DNA of 63,311 nt, filler included, from Intoshia linei (lineage: Eukaryota; Animalia; Orthonectida), in assembly GCA_001642005.1 (NCBI GenBank). It is 6 parts of 6 records of this genome, joined end to end, with 100 filler letters (N's around TTAATTAATTAA, not from the genome) between each part and the next. Parts side by side here need not be neighbours in the genome. Positions count along the whole stretch, not along the records: positions 13,628 to 35,062 come from LWCA01000647.1; positions 35,163 to 39,719 come from LWCA01001915.1; positions 39,820 to 50,521 come from LWCA01001247.1; 3 more parts are not named here. One strand, written 5' to 3'. The notes beneath the pieces are model-generated. The model did not search any database. It had not been told where the DNA came from and saw nothing but the letters and a program-made list of their open reading frames with translations. The translations under genes were made by a program, and so were the position numbers. Shown piece by piece: positions 27,839-41,135 of the stretch (within the stretch, counting starts at the first letter, position 1; each line of letters starts with the position of its first letter).

Positions 27839-29087
27839 TTAGTCTTCGTCATTTTCTCGGATTATTGGAATACCTATGTATGATGCAGATACATTATGTA
27901 TATTGCTGTTTAAGAAATTACCGTCCAATTTTTTTAAATTTTTCAACTTATTTATACTCAAATCTCTCCAATCACCCTCTTCTTTGTGTTTATCTTCAAG
28001 TGGGTTTCCTATTTATATTTTTAGTTGTGATATTATCAACTAAATCATTTACCCACCATCAGCAATTCTTCCAAATTGGGTAAATCAGCCTAAATTCATT
28101 TTTTTAAAAACGAAATATTAATATTTATCGAACCAATTTGTTGAATTCGGCCCAATCTTTCACCAAGTTATTGGAGATGTATAAAATCTACATTTATATT
28201 AAAATATCGATTTCGATAATACAAACTTTTAGCTTTTTGAGCACATTAACTCCTTTTAATTTTTCAATTTGGTTATATGATATCCACAGTTCTTCCAATG
28301 TATCGCCAACAGCTTCCTAAGGTTAATTTATTTTTTAGATGAAGATTTGGTATTACCAAACCAGTCATACTTTTAATGTTGTTTCGTCCTAATGAAAGAA
28401 TTTTTAAATTTTCTAAATTTTTTTATAATTATAAAGAGTAATCAAAATTCATTGTTTTGGCGGGTCAAATTTAAACATTATTTTTGTTACTAATAATAAA
28501 ATGTCAAGATTGTGATGTTCTAGCTAATATTTTATGCCTGGTTTTATATTGTTTTTCAGTGGAATAAAATATTAATTCGTTAAAAATACAAATTAAAACA
28601 CAGAACACAGTTACAAAATGTGAAAACATTTTTATAAATTAAATTATGGAGAACACGTTAACATTCTATAAAGCTTGCAGTAAAATGTGGGATCAGTCAA
28701 TTACACAAAAATTGGTTCACTCGTGGTAGATGGTTTTGACCCTATTTTAAGACATACTTAGTCCATTCAAATTAGCAATTTTTTCTATACAATTTGTCGA
28801 TATGGATAATTTTCTATATTAATTACAATTTATATTTTAAAATTTAATTTTTGTTATACGTGCAAGTTGAAAGAGTAGATAAGGATGCATCCATTTTTTC
28901 GATTGGTGGATTTTGTGCAAATAATGCAATTTCTTCTGATTCTGACGCTTTTAAGCCACTCTGAGCTTCCTAAATTAAATGTACATTTTAAATCTATATT
29001 TAAAGTACCCATTTTGCCAATGCTTCTTTTATAGTTGTTCCTTTTGACTAAAATTATTTTAATTTTATTTCATTTTTAATGTACCAT
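27839..29087 (-). CDS. DNAL1: Dynein axonemal light chain 1 (LC1, leucine-rich repeat), complete, about 10 exons
   Basis: Spliced translation M|[13 protein letters not shown]|[37 protein letters not shown]|[18 protein letters not shown]|[19 protein letters not shown]|[30 protein letters not shown]|[18 protein letters not shown]|[12 protein letters not shown]|[14 protein letters not shown]...KKLD|[11 protein letters not shown]. Nearly colinear with vertebrate DNAL1. Confidence 0.97.
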
Positions 29088-29557
29088 TTTTAATTTATAT
29101 CGGTTTGTTTATATGTGTTGTTATGTTTTATTAAATGTTTTTTTTTAAAAGCAATTTAGAAATACAAATTTATGTACAGTCAAACCGTTTTAATCAAACA
29201 GGTATATCATAAACACTATAACTTTATATTTTTTTTAGTGTTCATAATAGTTTTATATGAATATTAAAACATAATTTTAATACAAGCTAATTCCTCGTTA
29301 AAAATTAATAAGTAACGGTCTGTGATTTTTTTCAAAGTACAAAAATTCTGTTAAATTTTAAAATGACTAACATCATAAATATACTAAATTTTCTTCGGTT
29401 GAAATTAAAAACTTTATATAAGTAAAACATTATATTTTCTTCTTGATTAATTATAATAAGAAAGGTTGATTATTAATATGTTTAAGTTGATTGAAATCAA
29501 AATATTTTACCTTTTTCACTGTTGTAATGCAGTGTTTCCCGGTTCAAATGTTGTACG

Positions 29558-30313
29558 TAGTGATTGTGATTTCCTGGGAAATTAAAAATTTTAGAGACCT
29601 TAATTAATTTTAGAAACAAGAAATTTAATTAATGAAATAACACGAATCTACATTGAAATTTACAAATTTAATTAGAAAAAAATTTATTTATTTTAGATTG
29701 TAGAAAAAGTGTTTCAAAACACACATAATATTGATAGATTCGTCTTTAAAACGCGTTCTACGTTTTGTAACGAAAATAGAACAAGTAGAAATTTCTTTCA
29801 TTTTGTGTTGATGTAGGGTGAACGGTCATAAGGGCTTTCTTTAATTTTAACAATCTTGATGATAGCGTTCTAGTTCGTAAAAATTAATAATATTTTATTA
29901 AAATAATATTGGAAAAAGAGGATTATTCCCTTAAGCGTTAGTAATTTGTTGTTGGAATAAAAGGTTTTTAAAAAAGTATTGGAAAAAGGATATTTTTCCA
30001 TTAAGGGCTGGAAAATTAGATTTTTTAGTTATGGTTTGATGAAGTGGATTTTTTTCATAAGATTTCGTAAAATCGGATTTTTGAAAAGAATATTGGTGTA
30101 AGTCAATTTTTCCTTAAGGGCTTGAAATGGTATTTTTGATTAAATTTTATTAGTAGTAGGATTTTTGAAATGGTAAATTTTCAATATTATAATATTATCA
30201 TATTTTCATAGTAATAACAAACATAAATCAAATAATGGTATGTCTCAATTTTTTTCGGGAAATCCCGGGAAATTATTAAATAACACGGGAATTTTGTCCC
30301 GTCACAATCACTA
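29558..30313. mobile_element. hAT-like element (TIR TAGTGATTGTGA, TSD GTTGTACG) nested in an older hAT MITE (29530-30367)
   Basis: gttgtacg at 29550-29557 and 30314-30321. Outer ends are cagtgtttccc and gggaaacatg. Confidence 0.88.
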
Positions 30314-31432
30314 GTTGTACGGACCCCATTTCAAAATATGTATTTTTTGGAACCCAAGGGAAACATGAAATATAAAACATTGATCAAATAATTAAAGGTT
30401 TTTCATTATAGGATTTATTAAAATCGTGTTTTTTAAAAATATATTGGAAAATAAAAAGTAGTTTTTTTGAGAGTTGGCAAAATTTCATTCTTTAATTTGG
30501 GTTGTGGATTAGGAAGTTGTTGCTCTAAGATTTAGTAAAATCGGATTTTTAAAATAATATTAAAAAAAGAGCACATTTCCGTTAAGCGTTGGTAATATTG
30601 CATTTTTTATGTTGTAGTTGGAATACAAGTGTTTTTTCATAAGGTTTCGTAAAATCGGATTTTTCAAAAAAATATCGGTAAAAGTAAATTTTCCCTAGGG
30701 ATTGAAATGGTGTTTTTTATTAAATTTTATTAATGGTGGGATATAAGTGAATAAATTTTAATTTTTGAAATGTGGTCGTCTAGGATTTGAGATATCTAGA
30801 TCAACATCTACAACTCTGTAATAAATATTAAAAATTCTTCTATAAAATAAACAAAAGTTGATGAAAATTTTCCTATATTTTATTTGAATCTCATGCATAT
30901 AATTTGTAAATATACACTACAAAATGTATAAATGATGGCGTTAAAAATAATAAAAGTATAGTAAAAACTGAAAATATAGTTATAGCAATATTATTTTGAT
31001 AGTAAACTTTATATTTTGTAAAGATGACTGATTCAATGTATTTAAGGGAAAGACGAGAAAAATGTTGGAAATCACGAGATTTATTTCACAAATGTATGTC
31101 TGTTTATGACGAAAAATTTGAAAAATGTAAAACGCAACACGATACCTACAAAAATGGATGTACAAAAACTTGGGTGTTACTAATCAGTAATATTTATTAA
31201 TTTAATAAATTTTAGTATCTTTACTTTGAAAAAGTGAGGGCACGAAAGTTGTTTGAAAAGAAACAAAAATCTCTAGACAAAGAAGAGCGTAGCATTTCAT
31301 TAAATTATAAATAAAATTTATTTTTAACAATTTTTAATTAATTTTATCTGTTTGGGTTTATCGGACCCCTTGTTAAAATCAGTACATTCGAAGAGCTAAA
31401 TTGTAAAATGTATAATATTAAAATATATAGTA

Positions 31433-34400
31433 TCACTCTGTATTTTCATCTTTTTCAACACACGTGTACTGTTGTAACGTTTTGGTTATTGTATCGCTGA
31501 CTTGTTTTAAATCTTTTTTCTTCAAGTTAATGATTGACTTATTTTGTACCAGTGTTTTAATAACTGATTCTAATATCATTGAATTCTTTTTCTTTTCCAG
31601 GTCTTCACATTTTTGTACCAATCTTAGACTTGCTGCAGCATATTTATCCGTTTGTTGGTTTTTTATTAATACAAACTATGGGTAAAAATTGTTATAATTT
31701 ATATCATATACATGTATCTAAATTTAACCTGCATGATATCACCTTCCTTTACATCTAAACTTTCATGAACGTCAGATTTGTGAAAAAATAATTTTTTTCC
31801 AGGTATTGTTTCATAATTTAAAAATCCATACTATCATTAATAAAATTAATATAATATAATTTATTACATAATCTTTAATTGAATATATTGCAGCCATTTT
31901 ATAATCCCTGATTGCTTGTACGTTGGTTGCACGCAATTCATCTGTAGAAATTACTTTCGCAATTTGAAAATGAACAATATCGTTTCTTTGTAGGAAGTCA
32001 TGCTTATCTGCTAAACTTGTAACACCATATTCATATGTTTTGTATTCATTTTCAGAATCTAGAATAATTTTTTTTATATATATTTTTTGTAAAAGATAAA
32101 ATATTTCATAAGTTTTGTTATGAATACTAAGTAAAGTTTATTCTCGAGATTCCTCGAGAAATTTTAAAAGTTTTTGTAGTAATTTTGAGAGTTGTCCAAA
32201 CAATAATGTGTTTAATTAATAAATTAATTTTAAGTTACAATATAATTTCTGTTGAATTACTTTTACTTGATTAATAATGTAATATAATCTATGTATCTTG
32301 TAATAAATGTATATTGATATTGATTATATTGTTACTGTTTTATTATTATTATTAACATTATATTAGTAAATTCATTATCAATGTATAAGGCATAAGTGAT
32401 AGTGTTAGTGTTACATATAAATTTGGAAATGTATCAATTAAGTCATAACTTATAAATATTTCATTCATTTAGCTGTTATGAACGTTTCTTATAATAACAA
32501 TCATAAAATATTAAATTTTAAATATTGTTAATATCACAATATGACCTTATATTATTAATTTATTATAATATTATTAATATTATACTAGGCTATACAAGTT
32601 ATCCCTATTTATTAATTAATTGGCCCGATGTAGAAAATTTTACATTTATAAAATACACAATATATAAATTACCATGTGTCATAATTATTCCAGAATAATC
32701 TTCTTGATTAGGATTTACTGTTCTAATGCATCGCATAACTGTACCAATATTTAGTTTATTGCATATAAACTAAATTTTATATTTTTATATTATTATTATC
32801 TTGGTTGTTTTGTACTTGGTACAAACAGCACTTAGATCTGCCGATGAGGACGTTTCTACTTCCACCAAAAGATAAAATCTTACATAAAAATGCCACTATT
32901 CACTATAACCAATCTTTTAAAGTAATGGTTCCCAAACGTGTCAAGACAATTTTTTATTTTTAATTCTAGGACCATTAATTATATCAAATTTTTTGTTTTA
33001 ATTAACAATTTTTTGTAAATAATTTCCAAAAAAAAGGTAAACCGTAAATTGCTTTTTTGAACATGAAATCTTAACTTAAAATAGAAACTTTTTATATATA
33101 TATTAACTGGAAAAAGCAGTATTAAATGTGATATTTTTATAAATTCTAGGACTGTGAGATTTTTTCAAAAACATTTCCTAAAAAACCCTCTTTAAATTCT
33201 TGAAAAAAAAATTTTTTCTAGAACGTTTTCTAACAATAAATTATAAAAAATTCCCGTGTTTTTCTTGTGTGTTAACTGGAGATAACTGTATGAACTCTAA
33301 TTTTCTTTAAAATTCTAGGACTGTTTTATTTTTTTTAAAACAGTGTAATTTGGATTTTTGATTCTGAAGATATTTTTTTTAAATTCTAGAACAAAAAAAT
33401 ATAATTGGGGGTTTCGAATGGCAATATGTGAGTTTATGAGATTGAAATGTATCTTACTTTCACTCCCGGTAAAAACTATAATAGAAATGTGGAATTTTTA
33501 ATATTATAAGACTCTTAGTTATTGAAATAAACGATAACATATCCACATAGAATTACATAGAATATAATACAAGGAGTTTTATAAAACTTAAAAATAAACA
33601 AATTTTTTTTATTTTTTTTAACTTGTATAACTTGTATAAATATAAGTTATGATTTACGAAAATAGTAATATTACCTCTGGAGAGACAGTACCTTTTGTAA
33701 TTTTTTTTATATTTGTTGCCCCTATTCTATTATCAATTTTTTCTATCTTGTACTCAACTTCATCTCCTATTTTGAAATGACAGCTTGATTTTTTTCTGTA
33801 ATTTTAAATATAGAATTATGTAGTAAATTAACAACACTGTAAACTACAACGCTACAAATAAATATACATATCATGCAAAGGATATTGTTCTTATTCAACT
33901 TATCATATTATATATCATTATTGTATATTATATTACTAATTATAATATACTAGGTTGACTGTTATGTACTATGTACAAACAGCACTTAGCTTTGCCTAGG
34001 GCACATTTTTATTCTACCAAAAAATTTATTACACCATTTTACCATCAAATTGGCAAAAACGCAATTTTATTTTTAAACCGTTAAGTAACGTTGGCATTAT
34101 TTTTTAATCTTTATAATATATCCTGTATTGTTATTTTAATTAAGTAACTAAGCTAAGAAAATAATTCCTCTTTGATTAGCGGCTACACCAAATAAATAAT
34201 ATTTTTTTAAATGAGATGTTGAAACCTAACATAATTATTAATTATGTTTTATGGATTATAACGGAACCAACATTTTATTATAATATATTTATATAACATA
34301 TATAAAGCATAATTATGCTTTACATCGCAAACTTAGTAAAGAGTTCATTATTGTGTTATCATTTTATTTATCAAATCAAAATGTCAATCCAACAGCGAAA

Positions 34401-35058
34401 ATATAAAATTGTTTCTGAAGAAAATAAGCAACTTTTGCTAAATGAAAAAAAGGTAGGAGGTGATCCAATTCTTCTCGCTCGTCGACTTGAAACAAAACAA
34501 CGTACTGCTTACAATATTGAATCATTAAAATTGACTTTATTCTTTATATTACTTCGGTTTAACGTTTATCTTTTTTGTCTATTCCAATTTTGCCAATTCT
34601 ATGTTCCTTTTTGCCAATTTGATGGTAAAATGGTGTAGATCACTAATTTTTTTTAATTTTTTTTCTAAAAATTGGCTTTTGTATGTTCATATAAGACAGA
34701 ATCAACTGTACTTACTAGTTATTAGTTAAGTTAAGTCAATAATTAGACATTAAGACTTTAATTGAGAAAAGTTGAAAATTATGCATTTTTTTAATTAATA
34801 AATATATGATACCCATAATAGAAAAAAATTTCTTTTTTATGATCCGCCATTTCAATAAAACCATATTTATTTTTTAGTACAGCTATGAATCCTAAGTATG
34901 TTTTTGAATCGAACGGAATTAATTCTCGTGGTTTATTATATAATTTATGATTAAGAGACAGTAATTTTTCCTGCATTTGTATACTAATACAACCTTTTGT
35001 TACTCTTTTCACATTCAATGCTATTGTGTCATTACTACTGTCAATTTCAAAAGATACC
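31433..35058 (-). CDS. CSDE1: Cold shock domain-containing protein E1 (Unr), 3' half; 5' part lost at the gap
   Basis: Exons TYLGFIAVLKNKYGFIEMADHKKEIFF, FKIGDEVEYKI, GTVMRCIRTVNPNQEDYSGII, YEYGVTSLADKHDFLQRNDIVHFQI, YGFLNYETIPGKKLFFHKSDV and FVLIKNQQTDKYAA follow the CSD5-CSD7 order of human CSDE1. Confidence 0.92.
32800..33570 (-). mobile_element. Diverged Helitron-family copy in a CSDE1 intron (a further 3' end at 33949-34025)
   Basis: gtacaaacagcacttagatctgccg terminus variant plus internal family blocks. Confidence 0.65.
34032..34635 (+). mobile_element. Internally deleted Tc1/IS630-like element with TA TSD
   Basis: TA|caccattttaccatcaaattggcaaaaa ... tttttgccaatttgatggtaaaatggtg|TA. 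Carries a transposase HTH start MSIQQRKYKIVSEENKQLL...LARRLETKQRTAYNI. Confidence 0.88.
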
Positions 35059-35899
35059 TATANNNNNNNNNNNNNNNNNNNNNNNNNNNNNNNNNNNNNN
35101 NNNNNNTTAATTAATTAANNNNNNNNNNNNNNNNNNNNNNNNNNNNNNNNNNNNNNNNNNNNGAGCTTTCAGAATCTGAGGGCCGCACATTTAAGAAAAA
35201 TTTTAAATTTAAATTAGAATTTTTAATATTAATTTGATCTAGTATTTGATATTTAATTAATATATTATTAAAATACGGACTAATTTTGGATTTTAATAAA
35301 TTTAATTTTTATTAACCCTTACGAAACAATAACACGTATATATACAAAAATTAACAATCATAAATTTACAATTGTTTGTATACTAGGGTGTCAACTATAT
35401 TAAATAAAGATTTATAACGAATATAAAACATTTTTTAATAAATGTTATTTTTATTTATACTTAATACAATATTTGTTTGTGTGTCTGTGTGTTCCCGTTT
35501 ATTTCAATAACTACCAGTCTTAGAATTTTATAAAGTCCCCATTTCAATTATAGTTTTTTCCGGATGTTAGCAAAGTAAATTTCAACCTCCCAAAAGCATT
35601 TTAGTATTCATATATTTTTTTTCCAGAATATTTTATTATAACAACACATGTGAAATAATTAATTATCCAAAAATTAAAAAAAAGTTCTTCTGATAGAGCT
35701 TATCCAGTTGATATAAATACAAAATTTCAACCCCACAAATCTACGCATTCCCGGTGAAAAATAACTTTTAATATATTATCAACCTTATCATTTACTGCAT
35801 TATAATTATTTCCTGTTCAGTTTTAATTCAGAATATAAAATGAACTGGATTCAGAATATAGTATTTTTTATTAAAATTATTTGCGTTTAATATTTAGAT

Positions 35900-37150
35900 A
35901 TTAAATGTCAAAGTTCGTAAAATCCCATGGCTATTATTATTTGCCAAATAATTGTACATTTTACAAAAATTGGCTGAAAAAACAAACAGCCAGGTTTTCA
36001 CAAATATTCGTGAAATACATTAAAAAGTTAAAATTAATTTTCAGGGATGGATGATTGTTCATAATTGGATTCTTAACCGGTTGTTGTCAATTTTCTATGC
36101 ATAAAATCATAAATATGTTTCTGGAAATTAAATGGAAAAGATACTTTAACATACTTTCAGAGGTAGTACCATATACTATACATATGTATGTAATTAAAAT
36201 TGAAATAATTAATTTAGTAAAATATAATATTCAGTATCAAATAACTACTGTGTTTTAATATGACATGTACCGCTATATCTAGTACTCTTATATTAATTTT
36301 TGGGCCCCTACTGATATCTTCTGGTATTCCTCAATTTATTTTTTACTTAAATGGCTCTATATTAAATAAATACTTTACTCTTAAAAATTTGATTATAAAA
36401 TACACTTGTTCCGTTTTTACCGTTGTCGCCAGTATGCCATTAGGAGTAGAAGGACCAATAATATTTATCGGGTTTATATTAACATATTTAATCGTATCAA
36501 CAAATTAGAGCCGTTATCGGCAAGCTTGTACATAAACTGAAATTTCACGCTTTTGGACGTAAATTATTTTGGTTTAGTCAATTTCGAAATTCACAAGACT
36601 GGTATTTCATACAAAACAATCTTTTTAATGTAAATGAAAATTTAAATATTTTTAAAGTAGGGATTTTATTACAGCTGGCGCAGTTGCTGGTGTATCAGCA
36701 TTGTTTACAGCACCCATCGGAGGATTATTGTTTGTGATAGAAGAAGTTTCATCGTGTTTTAGTTTCCATTTTTATATTAAAATATACTTTTGCTTCATCA
36801 TATCGGCATTAACAAAAGGAATGTTCACTCATCATCGACACAAGGAAGTAAATTACATCTTGAAATATTCCATGTATATCGATATTTGATTAGAGTAATT
36901 TTTTATTTTACTGTCCTCATTTTAAATTAGGATAAATTAAATAAGGATATCGTATTTATAAATTTACATGTGGTTAACTTATCGAATAGCATTTGTTGAT
37001 TTTTCCGGTTTCTATAGTAATAGGGATTGGAGGAGGAATTTTGGGTGCCGCATATATAAAACTTAATTTTGCTATTTTACATTAAAGAAATGTTAATAAA
37101 GATAAAATCTTTCACAGATTCAATACAATTCTATACAGATTTTTGGTAAT
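35900..37150 (+). pseudogene. CLC-6/7-like chloride channel/transporter, N-terminal half, with in-frame stops
   Basis: Motifs IIGFLTG, SSGIPQ...YLNG, GVEGP and RDFITAGAVAGVSALFTAPIGGLLFVIEE. In-frame TGA near 36052, TAA near 36242 and TAA near 37083. No CBS domains were found before the TE cluster. Confidence 0.75.
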
Positions 37151-37419
37151 TATGTGTCCACTTTTTCTTATAGTAATATTAATATTATAAACTATATAAT
37201 ATATAGTATATATGGTATAATATCATTAATAATATTTTATTATATCCATACCTACAGTGGCGGATCGCAACTATAATTGGAGGGGCTTAAAGAAATTTTT
37301 TTTTGTGTTTCATGTATTAAAATGTGTAATATTAGGGTGTAATAATTACGCTGTTTAATTTGTAACATTCAGTGTGTTCGTTACATACTGAAATTCACAC
37401 ATCTTGGGATGCAAACAGT

Positions 37420-38145
37420 GCAGCACAAAGTTTTTTAATAGAATTAAAAACTCATTGGAGTTTTTAAATGTTTTATATCATTATATCCTAACATAATTTT
37501 TAAATTTTAAATTTTCAAAACATTTTTATTAAAACATTCAAGTTTAAATAAGTAACTAAACAAACTTTGTTAATATCATTTTTATATTACAATCCTTTGA
37601 AATAATGTTAAAATTCGACTGAAATGTTTATAAAGTGAAAATTAAGTGAATTATTGATACACAATTGGTATTTTTCAGTATTTATTGAATTGGTACTATA
37701 TATATGTCATCACATTGAAAATGACAGAATAGGTTTATATAATTTTATTTTTTCTGGAATTTATGCTATTCATGACAATTTTTAGGATTGGACTGTTTTA
37801 CTTTATTTTTAATATTATACACACATTCTGTCTAATAAATTAAAAAAGTTTTAACTTTATTTTTAATATTATACACACATTCTGTCTAATAAATTAAAAA
37901 AATGGGGTAACAATTTATTTTAAAATTCTTTACGCAAATGTTAACAAACAAAAAATTAAGATGGAATAATTCACTTTAAAGTTAATTTTAAATAACATTA
38001 AAAAATAAAAAAAATTTAAATTCTTCACAAAAAGGCTAACAAAATAAAATTAAGTGGGAATAATTTATTTTAAATAAAAAGATAATGTAAAATTCAAATT
38101 TAGGAGTCATTCCTTTAAAGTATTGATAATAGTGGGTGTAGCATA
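37420..38145 (+). mobile_element. Helitron-family segment with ~56-bp local tandem duplication (37796-37902), cut by a TTAA insertion
   Basis: Reverse complement of the 8290-8660 and 44650-45010 blocks. Confidence 0.7.
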
Positions 38146-38149
38146 TTAA

Positions 38150-38350
38150 CCCTTAGACACTACGAGCCGTATTTTTTTGCATAAAACTGAAATGTAAATA
38201 ATTTCAAAAGCAAATGTCATTTATATTAAAACAATAAATATTTTAAAAATCAAGAATTTAAATTTAAAAACACGCCTATATAGCAAAATATAAGGCTCTA
38301 AGTGTGTATTGAGCCTTATGATAAGGTACTCATGTATTTTTGTCTAAGTA
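38150..38350. mobile_element. piggyBac-like terminus (TTAA|CCCTTAGACACT); matching opposite terminus at 51371-51386
   Basis: ttaaCCCTTAGACACT and AGTGTCTAAGGGttaa. Related ends at ~35312 and ~38353. Confidence 0.6.
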
Positions 38351-38549
38351 CATTAATCCTTACGAGACTATGCTGATTTTCAAAATTGAAAGCAAAAAAT
38401 TTCACTTTTGAAATATTAAAAAACACCAAAATTTAAAGCTCAAAATTCACAAATTTGAAATGTCATTGATTTGTAAAGTTAACTTAAATTTGGCTTTAAT
38501 ATTTGGCTAAGAATTACCAATAAAATATATTTAATTTATGACACGCAAT

Positions 38550-39233
38550 CAGAGTTGCCAGATTAAAAAGTTCATATTGCGCAGAATAGTGCGTTGGAAA
38601 ACTTTATTAAATTAATTTCAAATTGATTTACTAGAAATAATCATTTACATTGTAAATATAAAATTGTTAATTTTAAATATATTTTTTAAATTCAAAATTT
38701 ATTATTTATTTCACTTGGGCTAAATAATTTAAAAATATACAATTATATTTAACTTTCCCGAAAGAAAGATATACAGAAAAATACATGCTCGGAAAAGCCT
38801 ATGAGTCAATAGTGACTAAAATAAGTAGGTTTTGATGAATAGTTTCCTTAATATCTAAACAATTCAAATATTCGAAATTACTTGATAAAAATAACAAGTA
38901 TTCGGTTTATTTCAACTGTTAAAATGCAAACAAAAAATAGACGGACACAGAATATTTTAAAATTTATTGAGTTTTTTAGTGATATTAAAATAAAATAAAT
39001 AATTTAGTAAATAAGAGAGTAAAAAAGTAAATATCAAAATAAAACAAACAATTGTAAACGAGTAATAATTAAAATATTACAACAAAAAACTAAACTTTTT
39101 ATTTTAAAAATATAATTGAACTATAAAATTGCATAGTTTATAAAAATATATAAGCGTGGAAGTTAAAGAAGTGCGTTGGAAAATGTACATAACCAATGGA
39201 AATGTACGATGAATGCACTTTCTGGCAACTCTG
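38550..39233. mobile_element. Non-autonomous TIR element (TIR CAGAGTTGCCAGA, 8-bp TSD CACGCAAT; hAT or P-like)
   Basis: cacgcaat at 38542-38549 and 39234-39241, with a perfect 13-bp TIR. Confidence 0.9.
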
Positions 39234-39313
39234 CACGCAATTACAATCACGTCGCGTCTATTATATTTCAAATATAATTTATTTTATTGTTTACACAAAG
39301 TAAACATTGATAA

Positions 39314-39719
39314 CACTATCTGACATTGAAAAATTGATCTCAAATAAAATTATATATTAATAATCCTTATTTTTTCACGGTTACTATGATATGCTTCGTA
39401 TCAAATATACCGTTCGCTATCGGGAATAATTCGATTAATCCTTTTTACATAATAGGATTATGTTGCCTATGATATTTACTAAATATACTTTTATTTATTT
39501 ATTGTTTATTTTTGATTATAAAAATGAATTGTAATTATTTTAAAAAAAACACATTTTGTCACATATGTGGTGTTTATTTAAAGTTAAAAAATAAAAAATA
39601 CGAATTTTCTGAAAATTTGATGAACTTATACCATTTAAAATATGAATGCATTGTGGAATTAAATTATTGGACACCTTGCTTTATGTGTTCAAGCTGTCAT
39701 GCGTCTTTATACCAAAAAA
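39314..39719 (+). mobile_element. Chapaev3-like transposon 5' part, ORF open up to the gap
   Basis: TAA|CACT terminus; ORF MNCNYFKKNTFCHICGVYL...WTPCFMCSSCHASL. Confidence 0.72.
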
Positions 39720-41135
39720 NNNNNNNNNNNNNNNNNNNNNNNNNNNNNNNNNNNNNNNNNNNNTTAATTAATTAANNNNNNNNNNNNNNNNNNNNNNNNN
39801 NNNNNNNNNNNNNNNNNNNTAATGAAAGATATCATTTGATAAATATTTTCCATCATCATTGTTTGTCAACTAGTGCATTTTGTCTGTTATGCTTAAATTA
39901 ATCAAATATATTGGCTCATTTAGCACATTATTGTTATTTTATATAATTAGCAATAACCAATGAATGTATTAATGATAATCTGACAGTTAATTTTTGTAAC
40001 GGTTACAATTCTTAATTACATTATATTAAATTTGATATTACTGTATATTACATTTATTACTTTGTATATGTAGAGGGTAATTCGTGGTTTTGACCTTGAA
40101 TATATAAGTTTCTGAGACTGAGATTTAGGAAAATGTTACAGTGTAATGATTGTGATGAGATTGTGGTTTTTGTATCATCAATATTCCTTATTTTAAAGAA
40201 TCTTTTCGTATCCTTGTACTTATCGGCATCTTTTGTTGTAGTATCATTCAATTTGTTTCTATCATTGTGATCCTCGTTTTTTTGGTATGATCTTTTTTTT
40301 GTACATTGGAATCTGGTTTGTGCTTGGATTCATTTGTATGTGTCTCCAGTAAATGATCTGCTTGTTGAATATTTGAATTATCCATCTTATTTGTTTGATA
40401 ATTTCTGCTATCTTTGACATCCGTGGCTGCTGATTCGGGCGTACTCGTGATGTTTGTATTATCCGAGGGTTTACGTGAGGATTTAAAGTTTTTCTTGTTA
40501 ATGGTTTGATTTTTTCAATTATTTGTATTTGGTTTTTGTGGTATGTTTTTTATTGGAGATACTTGATGATATGTGAATTGAGTTGATAGTGGGTAGTACA
40601 AATGATGTATGTAAATACTCTCAATATTTTCAATTTGGTTTTTATCGGTTTTTTTTAAGGTTTTTAGATTTAATTGATGTTTAAAATTGAGATTTGTTGT
40701 AAAATTTAAAACAATCTATGTGGAAATGCATTGTATTTATTACAGCACATGTCATTTTTTCACTAATGTATGCTTTTGTAGGTATTTTAATGTATTAAGG
40801 CTAAATTACAGAGGAAATTAGAATCAATAAATTTTAGTTTGTTATTAAAAAATTAAGAAAACTTTAAAATAGAATCAACCTGAACAGTTTACGTGCTAAA
40901 ATTCGATATTGTTAATATTTTAATAGATCTTTGGGAATGAATTATTTAAATATTTTATAAAAAATCGTTCCATTTTTGTAAAATTGACGAAATGAAAGTC
41001 TTTGGTACAAAATGTATATGAAATACTGTTCGGTATGTCAATTCCAAGCATTGTGATATACAGTACTCCATAATTGACATATGTTACTTTTACTCTGTTA
41101 ACTATGCCTTTCAGCTTATAATAAAACTAATGTAA

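Noticed and set aside
36052-36054. TGA at a conserved Trp position suggesting stop-codon reassignment
   Set aside because: Intact genes here use TGG for Trp and end in TAA or TGA. The CLC copy has other lesions, so pseudogenisation is the simpler explanation.
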